This document shows, in pieces, positions 7,437 through 17,222 of a stretch of DNA of 64,000 nucleotides. The DNA lies in assembly GCA_963768855.1 (NCBI GenBank), contig CAVYJM010000008.1, positions 1 to 64,000 of the forward strand, written 5' to 3'. A program made the translations under genes and the position numbers. Each line of letters opens with the position of its first letter. The first letter of the stretch is position 1. The stretch is from an uncultured Thermoplasmata archaeon. Its GTDB lineage: Archaea > Thermoplasmatota > Thermoplasmata > RBG-16-68-12. Under the pieces are notes generated by a model. It made no database searches, had not been told where the DNA came from, and worked only from the letters and a program-made list of their open reading frames with translations.

Positions 7437-9731
7437 ATGGAAGTCCCCCCGGGACGAGTGGAACGCATCGCCGACGGCGGGGCTGAGGCCGTCCGGACCA
7501 TCCTGGCGGACCTCCGCGCCTCCAAGTTCAACGGCATCCTGAAGACGTCCGTCTTCCGCGGAGACGTGCCTTCCCAGGGTCTCCTGGTCTTCCGGGACGG
7601 GGACGGCGTGCTAGCCCAGCACCGCTCCCGGGAGGACGTCGAAGGCGCCCCCGCCATCCCCGAGATCCTGCGGGACGCGTCGAGCGAGCGGGCCCAGATC
7701 GAGGTCCGCACGTACGACTACGGGCACTCCTCGATCAGCGTCGACCAGATCCAGAAGAGCTACCCGAGCGCCGCGATCGCGGGCCTCGGGGAGCCGGACC
7801 CGCTCCTCGCCCAGATCGTCGCGGAGGCCACCCAGGAGAAGGAGGCGTACCTGCGCGACCTCACCGCGCGCCGCGAGCAGGAGAAGCGCCTGATCGACAA
7901 GGAAGAGGAGCTCTACCGTCGCAAGTGGGACCTGGAGCAGGAGTACCAGCGGTCTTCCGTGCGCCAGCGCGAACTGGAGCAGCTCCGCACCGAGCTCGCC
8001 GCGGTCAAGGAGGCCAGCGGCATGCTCATGAGCCGCCTGGAGGAGCGCCGCACCCAGGCCGACGTCGAGATCGAGTCGCAGAAGAAGCTCCTGGGCATCG
8101 AGGCGGAAAGGTCGCGGGCCGAGGCGGAGGCCCAGCGCAAGTCCCTGTCGGAACACGAGGCGAAGCTCGCCGAGCGGGAGCGGGAGATCACGGCGCGGGA
8201 GAACCTCCTCTCGGACCGGCTCGCCGCGCTCGAGGGCCGCGCGACCTCCTTCGAAGGGGAGCGCAAGCAACTCAACGACATGTACACGGACCTCCAGAAG
8301 GAGCTGGACAAGATCGCTGGGGCCCGCAGGGCGTTCGACGAGCGCGTCGCGGAGGCCGAGAAGCGCGAGCGGGAGCTCACCCTGCGGGAGCAGTCCACGC
8401 GGGATTGGGAGACGGAGATGAAGGACCACGACGCCTCCCTCGGGGAGCGCGAGGCGACCCTCGCGGAACGCGACAAGGAGGTCACGGAGAAGCTCAAGGA
8501 CCTCGCGGAGCGGGAGTCGCGGCAGGCGGAGCGGGCCACCGAGCTGGAGCGGAAAGCCGCCGAGATCGAGACCCGCGACGAGACGCTCGAGGACCGCCGG
8601 GAGGAACTCGGCCGGGCCACGAAGAAGCTGGAGAAGCTCACCCGAGACCTTGCCGCGAAGGACAAGAAGATCGCCGAGGAGGACCGCGAGGCGCGGGAGC
8701 GCCAGGTCGACCTCCGGCGGGCCCAGCGAGAGGTGGCCACCCGGGCCAAGGACCTCGAACGCCGTGAGCGCGGGGTCGCCACCCTCGAGGAGGAGCTCGA
8801 GATCCAGCGGTCTCGGATGAAGGACCAGGCCCTCAAGCTCCTGCGCGCCGAGAAGGCCGCCCAGGAGCGCCTGGCCGACCTCGAGACGATCGAGCGGGAG
8901 CAGGCGCGGCGCGAGACGGCCGTGACCCGGCGAGAGTCCGCCGCGGAGAAGCGCGAGAAGGGGTCCGAGGCCGACGGCGCCCGGCTCCTCGAACGCGCGG
9001 ACGCCCTCGAGGTCGCCGAAGAGGATCTGAAGAACCGCTCCGCCGCGGCGCAGGAGGAGGTCCGCGGGCAGCGGGTCGAGCTCGACCGCCGCGAACGTGA
9101 GGTCGCCGCGAAGGAGAAGGAGCTGACCTCCGAGGCGGAGACCCTCGAGTCGATGAAGGTCACGCTGGACGAACAGGAGTCCGCCTTCCTCAGCGACCTC
9201 CGGGACATCGAGGTCCGCAAGGCCTCCCTGGAGAAGGCGGAGGCGGACCTCGCGAAGGCCCAGGAGAAGCTCGCGAAGCGCGAGGCCTCGTCCGAATCAT
9301 CCCAGACCCGCGCGAAGAACCAGGCGGACCGGCGGGCCTCCGCCCTCGAGGAACGCGAAGGAGAGCTCGACGGACGCGAGACGGGCCTCCTGGAGCGGGA
9401 GAAGGCTGTGGCCGTGCGGACCGCGGACCTCGACGCTCGCGAGGGCGCGGTCGCCGCGCGGGAAAGCCGGATCGAGACGGACCTGAAGCGGCGGCAAGAG
9501 ACGCTGGATGCCCGACGCAAGTCCCTCGAGGACCGCGCGACCAAGCTCTCGACCCTCCGCGATCGCCTCTCCGCGGAGCGCACGACGGTCCAGGAGTCGC
9601 GGGCCGAGGTCCGGGCACGGGAGGCGAAGGTCAAGGAGCGCGAGGCACGGCTCGAGAAGGCCGAGGCCGACCTGGAGCGAAAGAAGCAGGAGCTCGCGCG
9701 CATCAAGGCAGGCCTCCGGCGTCTCCGGTAG
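7437..9731 (+). CDS. Long coiled-coil protein with N-terminal globular (DUF2226/DUF4388-like) domain
   Basis: ~130-aa alpha/beta head followed by ~620 aa of E/R/K/A/L-rich heptad sequence with essentially no Pro. Confidence 0.9.
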   Translation: MEVPPGRVERIADGGAEAVRTILADLRASKFNGILKTSVFRGDVPSQGLLVFRDGDGVLAQHRSREDVEGAPAIPEILRDASSERAQIEVRTYDYGHSSISVDQIQKSYPSAAIAGLGEPDPLLAQIVAEATQEKEAYLRDLTARREQEKRLIDKEEELYRRKWDLEQEYQRSSVRQRELEQLRTELAAVKEASGMLMSRLEERRTQADVEIESQKKLLGIEAERSRAEAEAQRKSLSEHEAKLAEREREITARENLLSDRLAALEGRATSFEGERKQLNDMYTDLQKELDKIAGARRAFDERVAEAEKRERELTLREQSTRDWETEMKDHDASLGEREATLAERDKEVTEKLKDLAERESRQAERATELERKAAEIETRDETLEDRREELGRATKKLEKLTRDLAAKDKKIAEEDREARERQVDLRRAQREVATRAKDLERRERGVATLEEELEIQRSRMKDQALKLLRAEKAAQERLADLETIEREQARRETAVTRRESAAEKREKGSEADGARLLERADALEVAEEDLKNRSAAAQEEVRGQRVELDRREREVAAKEKELTSEAETLESMKVTLDEQESAFLSDLRDIEVRKASLEKAEADLAKAQEKLAKREASSESSQTRAKNQADRRASALEEREGELDGRETGLLEREKAVAVRTADLDAREGAVAARESRIETDLKRRQETLDARRKSLEDRATKLSTLRDRLSAERTTVQESRAEVRAREAKVKEREARLEKAEADLERKKQELARIKAGLRRLR

Positions 9732-9773
9732 GCGCTGGAGGAATCCAGTCCCATCGGATGGGGAGGGGAGAAC

Positions 9774-10562
9774 GTGCCCGACATCTACACCCTGACGACG
9801 GACTTCGGGCCGGGCGAGTATGTCGGCGCGATGAAGGGCGCCCTGCTCTCCATCGACCCCGACGCGACGATCGTGGACCTCGACCACGCGATTCGGCCTC
9901 AGGACATCCGTCACGGGGCGTACGTGCTCCTCACCGCCGTTCCGCACTTCCCCTTCGCCGTGCACATCGGCGTGGTCGACCCCGGGGTCGGCACGACGCG
10001 CCGCGCAATCGTCATCGTGGCCGAGGGCGCCCTGTTGGTCGGGCCAGACAACGGCCTCCTTCTCCCTGCAGCAAGGCGCCTCGGGCTGAAGGAGGTCCGG
10101 GAGATCACGAACCGCAGGCTGTTCGCCAAGGAGGTGTCCCCGACCTTCCACGGGCGCGACCTCTTCGCACCGGTCGCGGCCCACCTCATGACGGGCACGA
10201 AGGTCAAGGACGTCGGACCGGCGATCAAGGACTTCGTCGATCTGGATTTCGGGACGCCCCGCGCGACGCCGAACGGGTTGCAGGGCGTCGTCCTCACGAC
10301 GGACCGCTTCGGGAACATCATCACGAACCTGCCGCAGGCGACCGCGGCGAAGCGCTGGAAGGTCGGAGGCAGGGTGCACGTGAGCCTGGGGGGCTACGAG
10401 GCGACCCTCCCGCTCGTCTCGACGTACGGGGAGGTGGAGCGGGGGGACTTCCTCGCGACGTTCTCCTCCGGAGGGTTCCTCGAGATCGCACGCCGCGAGG
10501 GGAATGCCGCCTTCCAGCTGCACATCAGCCCGGGCCTCGAGGTCCTCATCCGGGACCCGTGA
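9774..10562 (+). CDS. SAM hydroxide adenosyltransferase / fluorinase-chlorinase-like (DUF62)
   Basis: TLTTDFG, VVDPGVGT, GPDNG, TFHGRDLFAP and DRFGNIITN motifs. Confidence 0.95.
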   Translation: MPDIYTLTTDFGPGEYVGAMKGALLSIDPDATIVDLDHAIRPQDIRHGAYVLLTAVPHFPFAVHIGVVDPGVGTTRRAIVIVAEGALLVGPDNGLLLPAARRLGLKEVREITNRRLFAKEVSPTFHGRDLFAPVAAHLMTGTKVKDVGPAIKDFVDLDFGTPRATPNGLQGVVLTTDRFGNIITNLPQATAAKRWKVGGRVHVSLGGYEATLPLVSTYGEVERGDFLATFSSGGFLEIARREGNAAFQLHISPGLEVLIRDP

Positions 10563-10616
10563 GCCGAGGCGGAGGCCAAAAGCTATTTTAGGTGCCGCGC
10601 TACCCGCGGCACACCC

Positions 10617-11846
10617 ATGGACCGACGGAAGATTCTCCTCATCATCTTCGATGGGCTGGGTGACCGGCCCATCACGGAGCTGGGGCACAAGACGCCGCTC
10701 GAGGCGACCCCGAAGCCGAACCTGGATTGGTTCGCCGCGAACGGGATGAACGGCCTCCTCGACCCGATCGGACCGGGCGTCCGGCCCGGGAGCGACACGA
10801 GCCACCTCGCGCTCTTCGGATACGACCCCCATGAGGTCTACACAGGCCGCGGGCCCTTCGAGGCCGCGGGCGTGGGGATCGAGCTGCAGAAGGGCGACGT
10901 GGCCTTCCGCTGCAACTTCGCCTCCGTCGACGAGAACCTCGTCCTGACGGATCGCCGGGCCGGGCGAATCAAGGAGGGGACGGCCGATCTGGCCGCGTCC
11001 CTGAACGGCATGAAGCTCGGGCGCCACCACGCGCTGTTCAAGGAGGGCACGGAGCATCGCGCCGTCCTCGTCCTCAGAGGAAAGGGCCTATCCGCCGAGG
11101 TCACGGACACGGACCCGCACGAGGAAGGCCAGACGATTCCGGAGGCGAGGCCGCTCACGGGGAAGGCGAAGGGGACCGCCAAGCTCCTGAACACGTTCAC
11201 GCGCAATGCGTACAAGATCCTGAAGGACCACCCCGTGAACCAGGAGCGCGTGAAGAACGGCCTCCCACCTGCGAACATGATCGTGTGCCGCGGCGGCGGC
11301 ATCGCGCCGGACATCCAGCCTGTGACGGAGAAGTACGGGCTCAAGGCCGCCGGCATCGCCGGCGTCGCCCTGATCAAAGGGATGTTCCGCACGACGGGGA
11401 TGGACGTCCTCGAGGTGAAGGGCGCGACGGGAGGGCTCGACACGGACATGGTCGCGAAGGCCGAGGCGGCCCTCATGGCCCTGACGACGTACGACCTCGT
11501 CGTGGTCAACGTGAAGGCGGCCGATCTGTGCGGCCACGACGGCAAGGCCTCCGAGAAGATCAAGGTCATCGAGCGCATGGATCAGATGATGGGGCACCTG
11601 AGGGCGCACCTGCCGCCCGATGTCATCGTGGCGGTCACGGCGGACCACTCGACCCCGTGCTCGATCAAGGACCACTCCGGCGATCCGGTCCCAGTGACGA
11701 TCTTCGGGGAAGGGATCCGCGTCGACGAGGTCCCCCACTTCGACGAGCGCAGCGTCGCGAAGGGCTCCCTCGGTCGGATCGAGGGCAAGGACCTGATGCC
11801 CATCCTGCTGGACCAGGCGAACCGCACGGAGAAGTACGGAGCCTGA
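10617..11846 (+). CDS. apgM: 2,3-bisphosphoglycerate-independent phosphoglycerate mutase, archaeal type
   Basis: DGLGD, PGSDTSHL, DLCGHDG, ADHSTP and DHSGDPVP motifs. Confidence 0.95.
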   Translation: MDRRKILLIIFDGLGDRPITELGHKTPLEATPKPNLDWFAANGMNGLLDPIGPGVRPGSDTSHLALFGYDPHEVYTGRGPFEAAGVGIELQKGDVAFRCNFASVDENLVLTDRRAGRIKEGTADLAASLNGMKLGRHHALFKEGTEHRAVLVLRGKGLSAEVTDTDPHEEGQTIPEARPLTGKAKGTAKLLNTFTRNAYKILKDHPVNQERVKNGLPPANMIVCRGGGIAPDIQPVTEKYGLKAAGIAGVALIKGMFRTTGMDVLEVKGATGGLDTDMVAKAEAALMALTTYDLVVVNVKAADLCGHDGKASEKIKVIERMDQMMGHLRAHLPPDVIVAVTADHSTPCSIKDHSGDPVPVTIFGEGIRVDEVPHFDERSVAKGSLGRIEGKDLMPILLDQANRTEKYGA

Positions 11847-11862
11847 GGCCGCGCGCCCCGTG

Positions 11863-11876
11863 GAAAGCCTATATAC
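11863..11876 (+). promoter_or_regulatory. BRE-TATA promoter of hppA (GAAAGCCTATATAC)
   Basis: Matches the GAAA-NN-T-rich pattern also seen before the tRNA (23746) and Sec61beta (47689). Confidence 0.6.
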
Positions 11877-11919
11877 CTTGAGGAGCTTGCCGCGGGCTAA
11901 TCGGACTCGGGTGGGTTGC

Positions 11920-14061
11920 ATGCCACAAATGGACCTGAGCTACGTCATCCTGATTGCGATCCTGGCCGGCCTGGGCTCCGCGGGGCTCCTGACGCGGGAC
12001 GTCCTCCGCCGGGACCAGGGCAGCGAGAAGATGCAGGAGATCGCGGCGGCGATCCGGCAAGGCGCCCGGGCGTTCCTGCGCCGGCAGTATCGGACGATCG
12101 CGATGATCGCGGCAATCCTGGCCGTCGTCTTCGCCCTCGCGCTGGGCTACCGCCAGGGACTCGAGTACGGTCTGCGCACGGCCCTCGCTTTCGCCCTGGG
12201 CGCCACGTTCTCGGCCCTCTCCGGGTTCATCGGGATGCAGATTTCGATTCGATCGAACGTCCGCTCCGCCGCAGGCTCGTTGAAGTCCTTCAACGACGCG
12301 CTCGTCACGGCCCTCCGGGGCGGGGCGGTGTCCGGGCTCTCTATCGTGAGCATGTCCCTCGCGGGGATCGCGATCCTCTTCTACGGCTACGGCGGCGGGT
12401 CCGCCACAACCCAGGGTGGCGTGGACCTCGTCATCCTCGAACTTGTAGGCTTCGGATTCGGCGCGAGTCTCGTGGCCCTCTTCGCTCAACTGGGCGGCGG
12501 AATCTACACGAAAGCTGCCGACGTCGGGGCCGACCTCGTGGGGAAGGTCGAGGCGGGCATCCCGGAGGACGACCCCCGCAACCCCGCGGTCATCGCCGAC
12601 CTGGTCGGCGACAACGTCGGCGACTGCGCAGGTCGTGGCGCCGACCTCTTCGAATCGACTGCGGCGGAGAACATTGGGGCCATGGTCCTGGGCGTCGTCC
12701 TGTTCCCATACTTCGGATTCGCAGGCGTCCTCTTCCCGCTGGTGGCCCGCGGCTTCGGAATCCTCGCGAGCATCGTCGGCATCTTCATCGTGCATGCCGG
12801 GGAGGATGAGGCGCCGATGAGCGCTCTGAACCGCGGGTACCTGGTGACCACGGTCATCGCGGCCGCCCTCTTCGGCTTCGCCGCGTGGGCCATGCTCGAA
12901 CCCAACAGCGTGGCGGGCTCACCGGCGGCCAACCCGAACACCTGGATCTTCTACTGGCTCTGCGGCATCGCCGGGATGATCACGGCCTTCCTGTACGTCT
13001 GGATCACCCAGTACTACACGGAATCCCGCTTCCGGAACGTGCAGAGCATCGCAAAGGCCTCGGAGACGGGTCCCGCGACGAACATCATTGCAGGGTTCGC
13101 CACGGGCCTCGAGGCGACCGCGCTCCCCGCGGTGACCGTGGCGATCGCCCTCCTGGTGTCCTACTGGCTCGGTTCCATCACGAACATCCCGAACGGTGGA
13201 ATCTACGGGACGGCGATCGCGACGATGGGCATGCTCTCGACCGCTGCGTACATCCTCGCGATGGATACGTTCGGACCCATCGTAGACAACGGAGCAGGGA
13301 TCGCCGAGATGTCCGGCGTCTCAGAGTCCGTGCGGAAGAACATGGACAAGCTCGATGCCGCAGGCAACACGACCAAGGCCCTCACGAAAGGGTACGCCGT
13401 CGGCAGTGCCGCGCTCGCGGCTTTCCTCCTGTTCAACGCTTTCCTCACGGAGGCCAAGGTGACTTCGGTGGACCTCGCGCACCCGGAGACGTTCGTCGGT
13501 GCACTCATGGGCGCGACGCTCGTGTTCCTCTTCAGCGCGTTCGCGATCCGCGCGGTCGGACGGGCCGCGTGGACGATCATCAAGGATGTCCGCGAGCAGT
13601 TCAAAGAGCACCCGGGGATCATGGCGGGGACCGAGAAGCCTGACTACGGCCGGACCGTGGACATCTGCACTCGCGGGGCCCTGCGGGAGATGGTGGTCCC
13701 GGGGCTCCTCGCCGTCATCACGCCGGTGGCGATCGGGGTCATCTTCAAGTTCGTCCACATCACCTACATCAACGGCCAGCCCCTCCCCGCCGGCGAGCCC
13801 GTCGGCGGGACGCTGATGGTGGGGACGATCGCGGGAATCCTCATGGCCCTCGTCCTGAACACGGGCGGCGGTGCATGGGACAACGCCAAGAAGTACATCG
13901 AGGCAGGAAACCTCGGGGGCAAGGGGAGCGCGACGCACAAGGCGGCCGTCGTCGGGGACACCGTCGGCGACCCATTCAAGGACACGGCGGGGCCGTCCCT
14001 GCATGTCCTCGTCAAGTTGCTCTCGACGATTACACTGGTCATGGCGCCGCTGCTCCTGTGA
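11920..14061 (+). CDS. hppA: Membrane-bound pyrophosphatase, K+-independent H+-translocating type
   Basis: GGIYTKAADVGADLVGKVE, DNVGD, GNTTKA (Lys indicates the K+-independent class), GGAWDNAKK, DTVGDPFKDT. The start position is approximate. Confidence 0.95.
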   Translation: MPQMDLSYVILIAILAGLGSAGLLTRDVLRRDQGSEKMQEIAAAIRQGARAFLRRQYRTIAMIAAILAVVFALALGYRQGLEYGLRTALAFALGATFSALSGFIGMQISIRSNVRSAAGSLKSFNDALVTALRGGAVSGLSIVSMSLAGIAILFYGYGGGSATTQGGVDLVILELVGFGFGASLVALFAQLGGGIYTKAADVGADLVGKVEAGIPEDDPRNPAVIADLVGDNVGDCAGRGADLFESTAAENIGAMVLGVVLFPYFGFAGVLFPLVARGFGILASIVGIFIVHAGEDEAPMSALNRGYLVTTVIAAALFGFAAWAMLEPNSVAGSPAANPNTWIFYWLCGIAGMITAFLYVWITQYYTESRFRNVQSIAKASETGPATNIIAGFATGLEATALPAVTVAIALLVSYWLGSITNIPNGGIYGTAIATMGMLSTAAYILAMDTFGPIVDNGAGIAEMSGVSESVRKNMDKLDAAGNTTKALTKGYAVGSAALAAFLLFNAFLTEAKVTSVDLAHPETFVGALMGATLVFLFSAFAIRAVGRAAWTIIKDVREQFKEHPGIMAGTEKPDYGRTVDICTRGALREMVVPGLLAVITPVAIGVIFKFVHITYINGQPLPAGEPVGGTLMVGTIAGILMALVLNTGGGAWDNAKKYIEAGNLGGKGSATHKAAVVGDTVGDPFKDTAGPSLHVLVKLLSTITLVMAPLLL

Positions 14062-14106
14062 CACCTACGACCTTCGTCGGATAGCGACCGCTTTCGTTCA
14101 GTCGAA

Positions 14107-14123
14107 TACCGTCGCCAACGGTA
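14107..14123. promoter_or_regulatory. Palindrome TACCGT-N5-ACGGTA abutting a TATA-like TAATAAG
   Basis: Perfect 6-bp arms immediately upstream of the substrate-binding protein gene. Confidence 0.45.
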
Positions 14124-14214
14124 ATAAGCATCCGTGAAATGCAGCCCGCGGAGGAGGACTATTGTAGGCGTCACAGAGTCCTGAGAGCAGTGCGCCCGGT
14201 GCGGTGCAAGCTGG

Positions 14215-16097
14215 GTGGGGAAGGGACCCACGCACGGTGCGACTCCTGGCGTCGTGGTCATCGTGATCGTGGCGATCTCGGGGGTGGCGACGTACTACGT
14301 GCTCACGGCCCCCTCCGCGTGCAACTTCCAGTCCACGAATCCGCTCGTCTTCGATCAGCCGGAACGGCCGGATACGCTCGATCCCCATGTGACGTTCTCG
14401 ACCCCGGGCTGGGGGATCGTTCAGCAGGTGTACCAGAGCATGGTGAACTACAACGGGACGGGGTACACGGAGTTCCTGCCGGTCCTGGCCGAGCAGCTGG
14501 AGCGTCTTCCGCGGACGGGTTCAACTGGATGTTCGTCCTCCGGCAGGACGTCCAGTTCTCCAACGGCGACGCGTTCAACGCCTACGTGATGTGGTTCAGC
14601 CTCTACCGCGCCCTCGTGATGAACCAGGTGGTAGCTTCATCCTTCAGGAGAACTTCTGGTACCCTGGCCTGAACTACTACTCGGACTCGGACCTCAGCCA
14701 GCGACTCGATCCTGTGGATTGACAACGCCCTGAACACGTTCAACTTCGCGAGCCCGACCTCGGCGCGGCTTGCCGTCATGGAGGCGACGAACCAGTCGTT
14801 CCAGGTGATCGACCAATACACGATCCAGCTCAACCTGGGGGCCGGATACCTGGGCGTCGTTCCCTACCCGTACCTGCTCGCGTCGATCGCAGGTCCCATC
14901 GCAAGCGCGGTCGACCCGGCCGTGGTGCAGGCGAACGGCCTCGTGCCCATCAGCGACGTCAACACGTACATGGTCACCCACATGGTGGGAACGGGCCCCT
15001 ACGTCCTGACGGGCGGCTTCCTGGACCTAGGGAGCGCCACGAAGTACACCCTCAACCCGAACCCGAGCTACTGGGCGACCAACGACTCGAAGGCGGAGCC
15101 GTGGAACAACATCATCCAGCCCGCCAAGTCGTCGATCGAGGTCGACTTCCAGGGTGACCCGGCCATCGCGGTCAACGACATGAAGACCGGGCGTGTGATT
15201 AGCTCGTCCTTCGCGTACATCGGTCCGTCGACGGTCAACAGCCTGAAAGGTGTCGCGTGCATCAACGTGAACGCCCTCGACGACGTGTACGGCTCAACTG
15301 CGGGCGGGTGGTGGATCTACATGAACCAGAACACCGAGCCGTTCAACAACCTCTCCGTCCGCAAGGCCGTCGTGCATGCGATCAACTACGACCGCATCAT
15401 CCAAGTCGCGTTCGGCGGCTACGGGAAGCGGTGGGTCGGCCCGGTCCCGCTCGGATACCCGGACTCCAACCCGGACAACCTCACGCCGTACCAATACGAC
15501 GTGGTCCAAGCGCGTCAGTACATGAACGAATCGCCCTGGCCGAACGGCTTCCCTAACCAGATCAACTACGAGTACGTGAACTTGGGCGACTGGGCGACGG
15601 TGGCCTCCCTGCTGAAGGATGACCTGGCACAGATCGGACTGAACATCAACCCCGTGGCCATCCCGAACATCGACGCGCTCTACGGGCTGCAGGGGACCGA
15701 CTCGAACGGGAACTGCATCGCCCAGACAAGCGCGAACGGCGGACCCTTCCCGATCGGGCAGGAGTTCTACACGTCGGACTACATCTCCCCGGATGACTGG
15801 ACGCAGAACAATGCGATCAGCTACGGCAGCGCGAACGTGTGCATGGGGGCCTACAACGACCCGAACGTGGACAACCTGGTCATCGACGCCGCGACGAACA
15901 CGAGCGCAGCTGGGCGGACCGAGGACTACCGCCAGATCGCCCGGATCATGTACGACAACTACACGGACGCCTGGCTTGTGATCCCGACCCAGTTCCAGGT
16001 CGTGAACTCGCATCTCCAGGGATTCGTGGCGAACCCGATGGGAGCGGCCCTGCCGTTCGTCGTCGTGCAGAACACCGAGTACGCGACCCGCGCCTGA
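14215..16097 (+). pseudogene. oppA: Family 5 (peptide/nickel) ABC substrate-binding protein, frameshifted
   Basis: PDTLDP..QQVYQSMVNY, FVLRQDVQFSNGD.FNA, GTGPY, VRKAVVHAINY. At least four indels lie between ~14490 and ~14700. Confidence 0.85.
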
Positions 16098-16103
16098 ACA
16101 CGG

Positions 16104-16140
16104 ATGAGCCGGCGCGTGCGCCGGCTCCCTTTCCCTTTTC
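16104..16140 (+). terminator. GC hairpin plus pyrimidine tract; member of the ATGAGCCGG-loop-CCGGCTCCCTTTC repeat family
   Basis: GAGCCGGCGC/GCGCCGGCTC stem followed by CCTTTCCCTTTTC between convergent genes; the same arms occur at 52417 and 52574. Confidence 0.6.
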
Positions 16141-16160
16141 ATTTCTCAACGAGACGAGCC

Positions 16161-17222
16161 CTAGGCTGCCGGGGCCGATTCGACGCCGGAGTCATTCACG
16201 GTCGCGATGAGCTGAGCGGGGGGCACGTCCCCGATCGCCTCGGCCCGGTGGCATGCGACCAAGCGCCCGGGATACTGCGCGACCTCCCGCAAGGGAGGCG
16301 ACTCCTTTCGACAGATGTCCTCCGCGAACGGGCAACGGGCGGCGAAGCGGCAGCCCGGCGGCGGATGGACAAGGGTGGGGATCTCCCCGGAGATCCGGTA
16401 CCGCGCCCGCCGACGCCGTGGGTCGGGCTGCGGGAGCGCCGCAAGCAAGGCCTTCGTGTATGGATGCACGGGATGCTCCAGGACGTCCCGCACCGGACCC
16501 ACCTCGGCGATCAGGCCCAGGTACATGACCGCCACGCGGTCCGCGACGTAGCGGACCGCGGAGACGTTGTGGGTGATCAACAGGTAGGAGAGGCCAAGCT
16601 CCTCCTGGAGGCTCACGAGGCGGTTGAGGACCTGCGCCTGGACCGCCACGTCGAGGGCGCTCGTGGGCTCGTCCAGGACGATGAGCTTCGGTCGGACGCT
16701 CAAGGCCCGTGCGAGGGACAGGCGCTGCCGGCCGCCGCCGGAAAACTCGTGCGGATACTGGTCCAAGGAGCCGGCTGGAAGCCCGACCAGGGGGAGCAGC
16801 TCCGAGACCTTGTCGCGCAATTCGGCCTTCGTGAGATGGCCCTGGGCCTGGAGCGGCTCGCCGACGATCTGCCATACGCGGAGGCGCGGGTCCAAGGAGC
16901 CGACAGGGTCCTGGAAGACGACTTGGATGTTTCGCCGCCATGCGAGCAGCTCGCTGCGGGACAGATGCGTGATGTCTCGACCGTTGAACAGGATCTCCCC
17001 GGACGTGACCGTGTGCAGTTTCGCAACCAACCAGCCCAGCGTGGTCTTCCCCGATCCGGATTCGCCGATGAGGCCGAGCGTTTCGCCCTGGGCCACGCCA
17101 AGGGAGACCCCATCAACGGCGTGAACGACCTCCCCCGGCCTGCGACGGATGGAGTCCATCAGCGACTTGGGCAGGGGGAAGTGCTTCGTCAGGTTCCTCA
17201 TCTCGATGAGGGGCGGCGTCAT
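16161..17222 (-). CDS. oppF: Oligopeptide ABC transporter ATP-binding protein
   Basis: GESGSGKT, FQDP, FSGGGRQR, LDEPTSALD and the HPYTKALL..CRFAARC C-terminal domain. Confidence 0.95.
   Translation of the reverse strand: MTPPLIEMRNLTKHFPLPKSLMDSIRRRPGEVVHAVDGVSLGVAQGETLGLIGESGSGKTTLGWLVAKLHTVTSGEILFNGRDITHLSRSELLAWRRNIQVVFQDPVGSLDPRLRVWQIVGEPLQAQGHLTKAELRDKVSELLPLVGLPAGSLDQYPHEFSGGGRQRLSLARALSVRPKLIVLDEPTSALDVAVQAQVLNRLVSLQEELGLSYLLITHNVSAVRYVADRVAVMYLGLIAEVGPVRDVLEHPVHPYTKALLAALPQPDPRRRRARYRISGEIPTLVHPPPGCRFAARCPFAEDICRKESPPLREVAQYPGRLVACHRAEAIGDVPPAQLIATVNDSGVESAPAA

Noticed and set aside
7437-9731. SMC/Rad50 annotation for the coiled-coil protein
   Set aside because: No Walker A/B, signature motif, hinge or CxxC hook.
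7913-9784. Very long antisense and alternate-frame ORFs (also 9297..11057, 32940..34643, 41712..43595, 43563..45620, 47654..49405)
   Set aside because: They shadow well-supported genes and have the S/R/A/P-rich composition expected from stop-poor frames in high-GC DNA.
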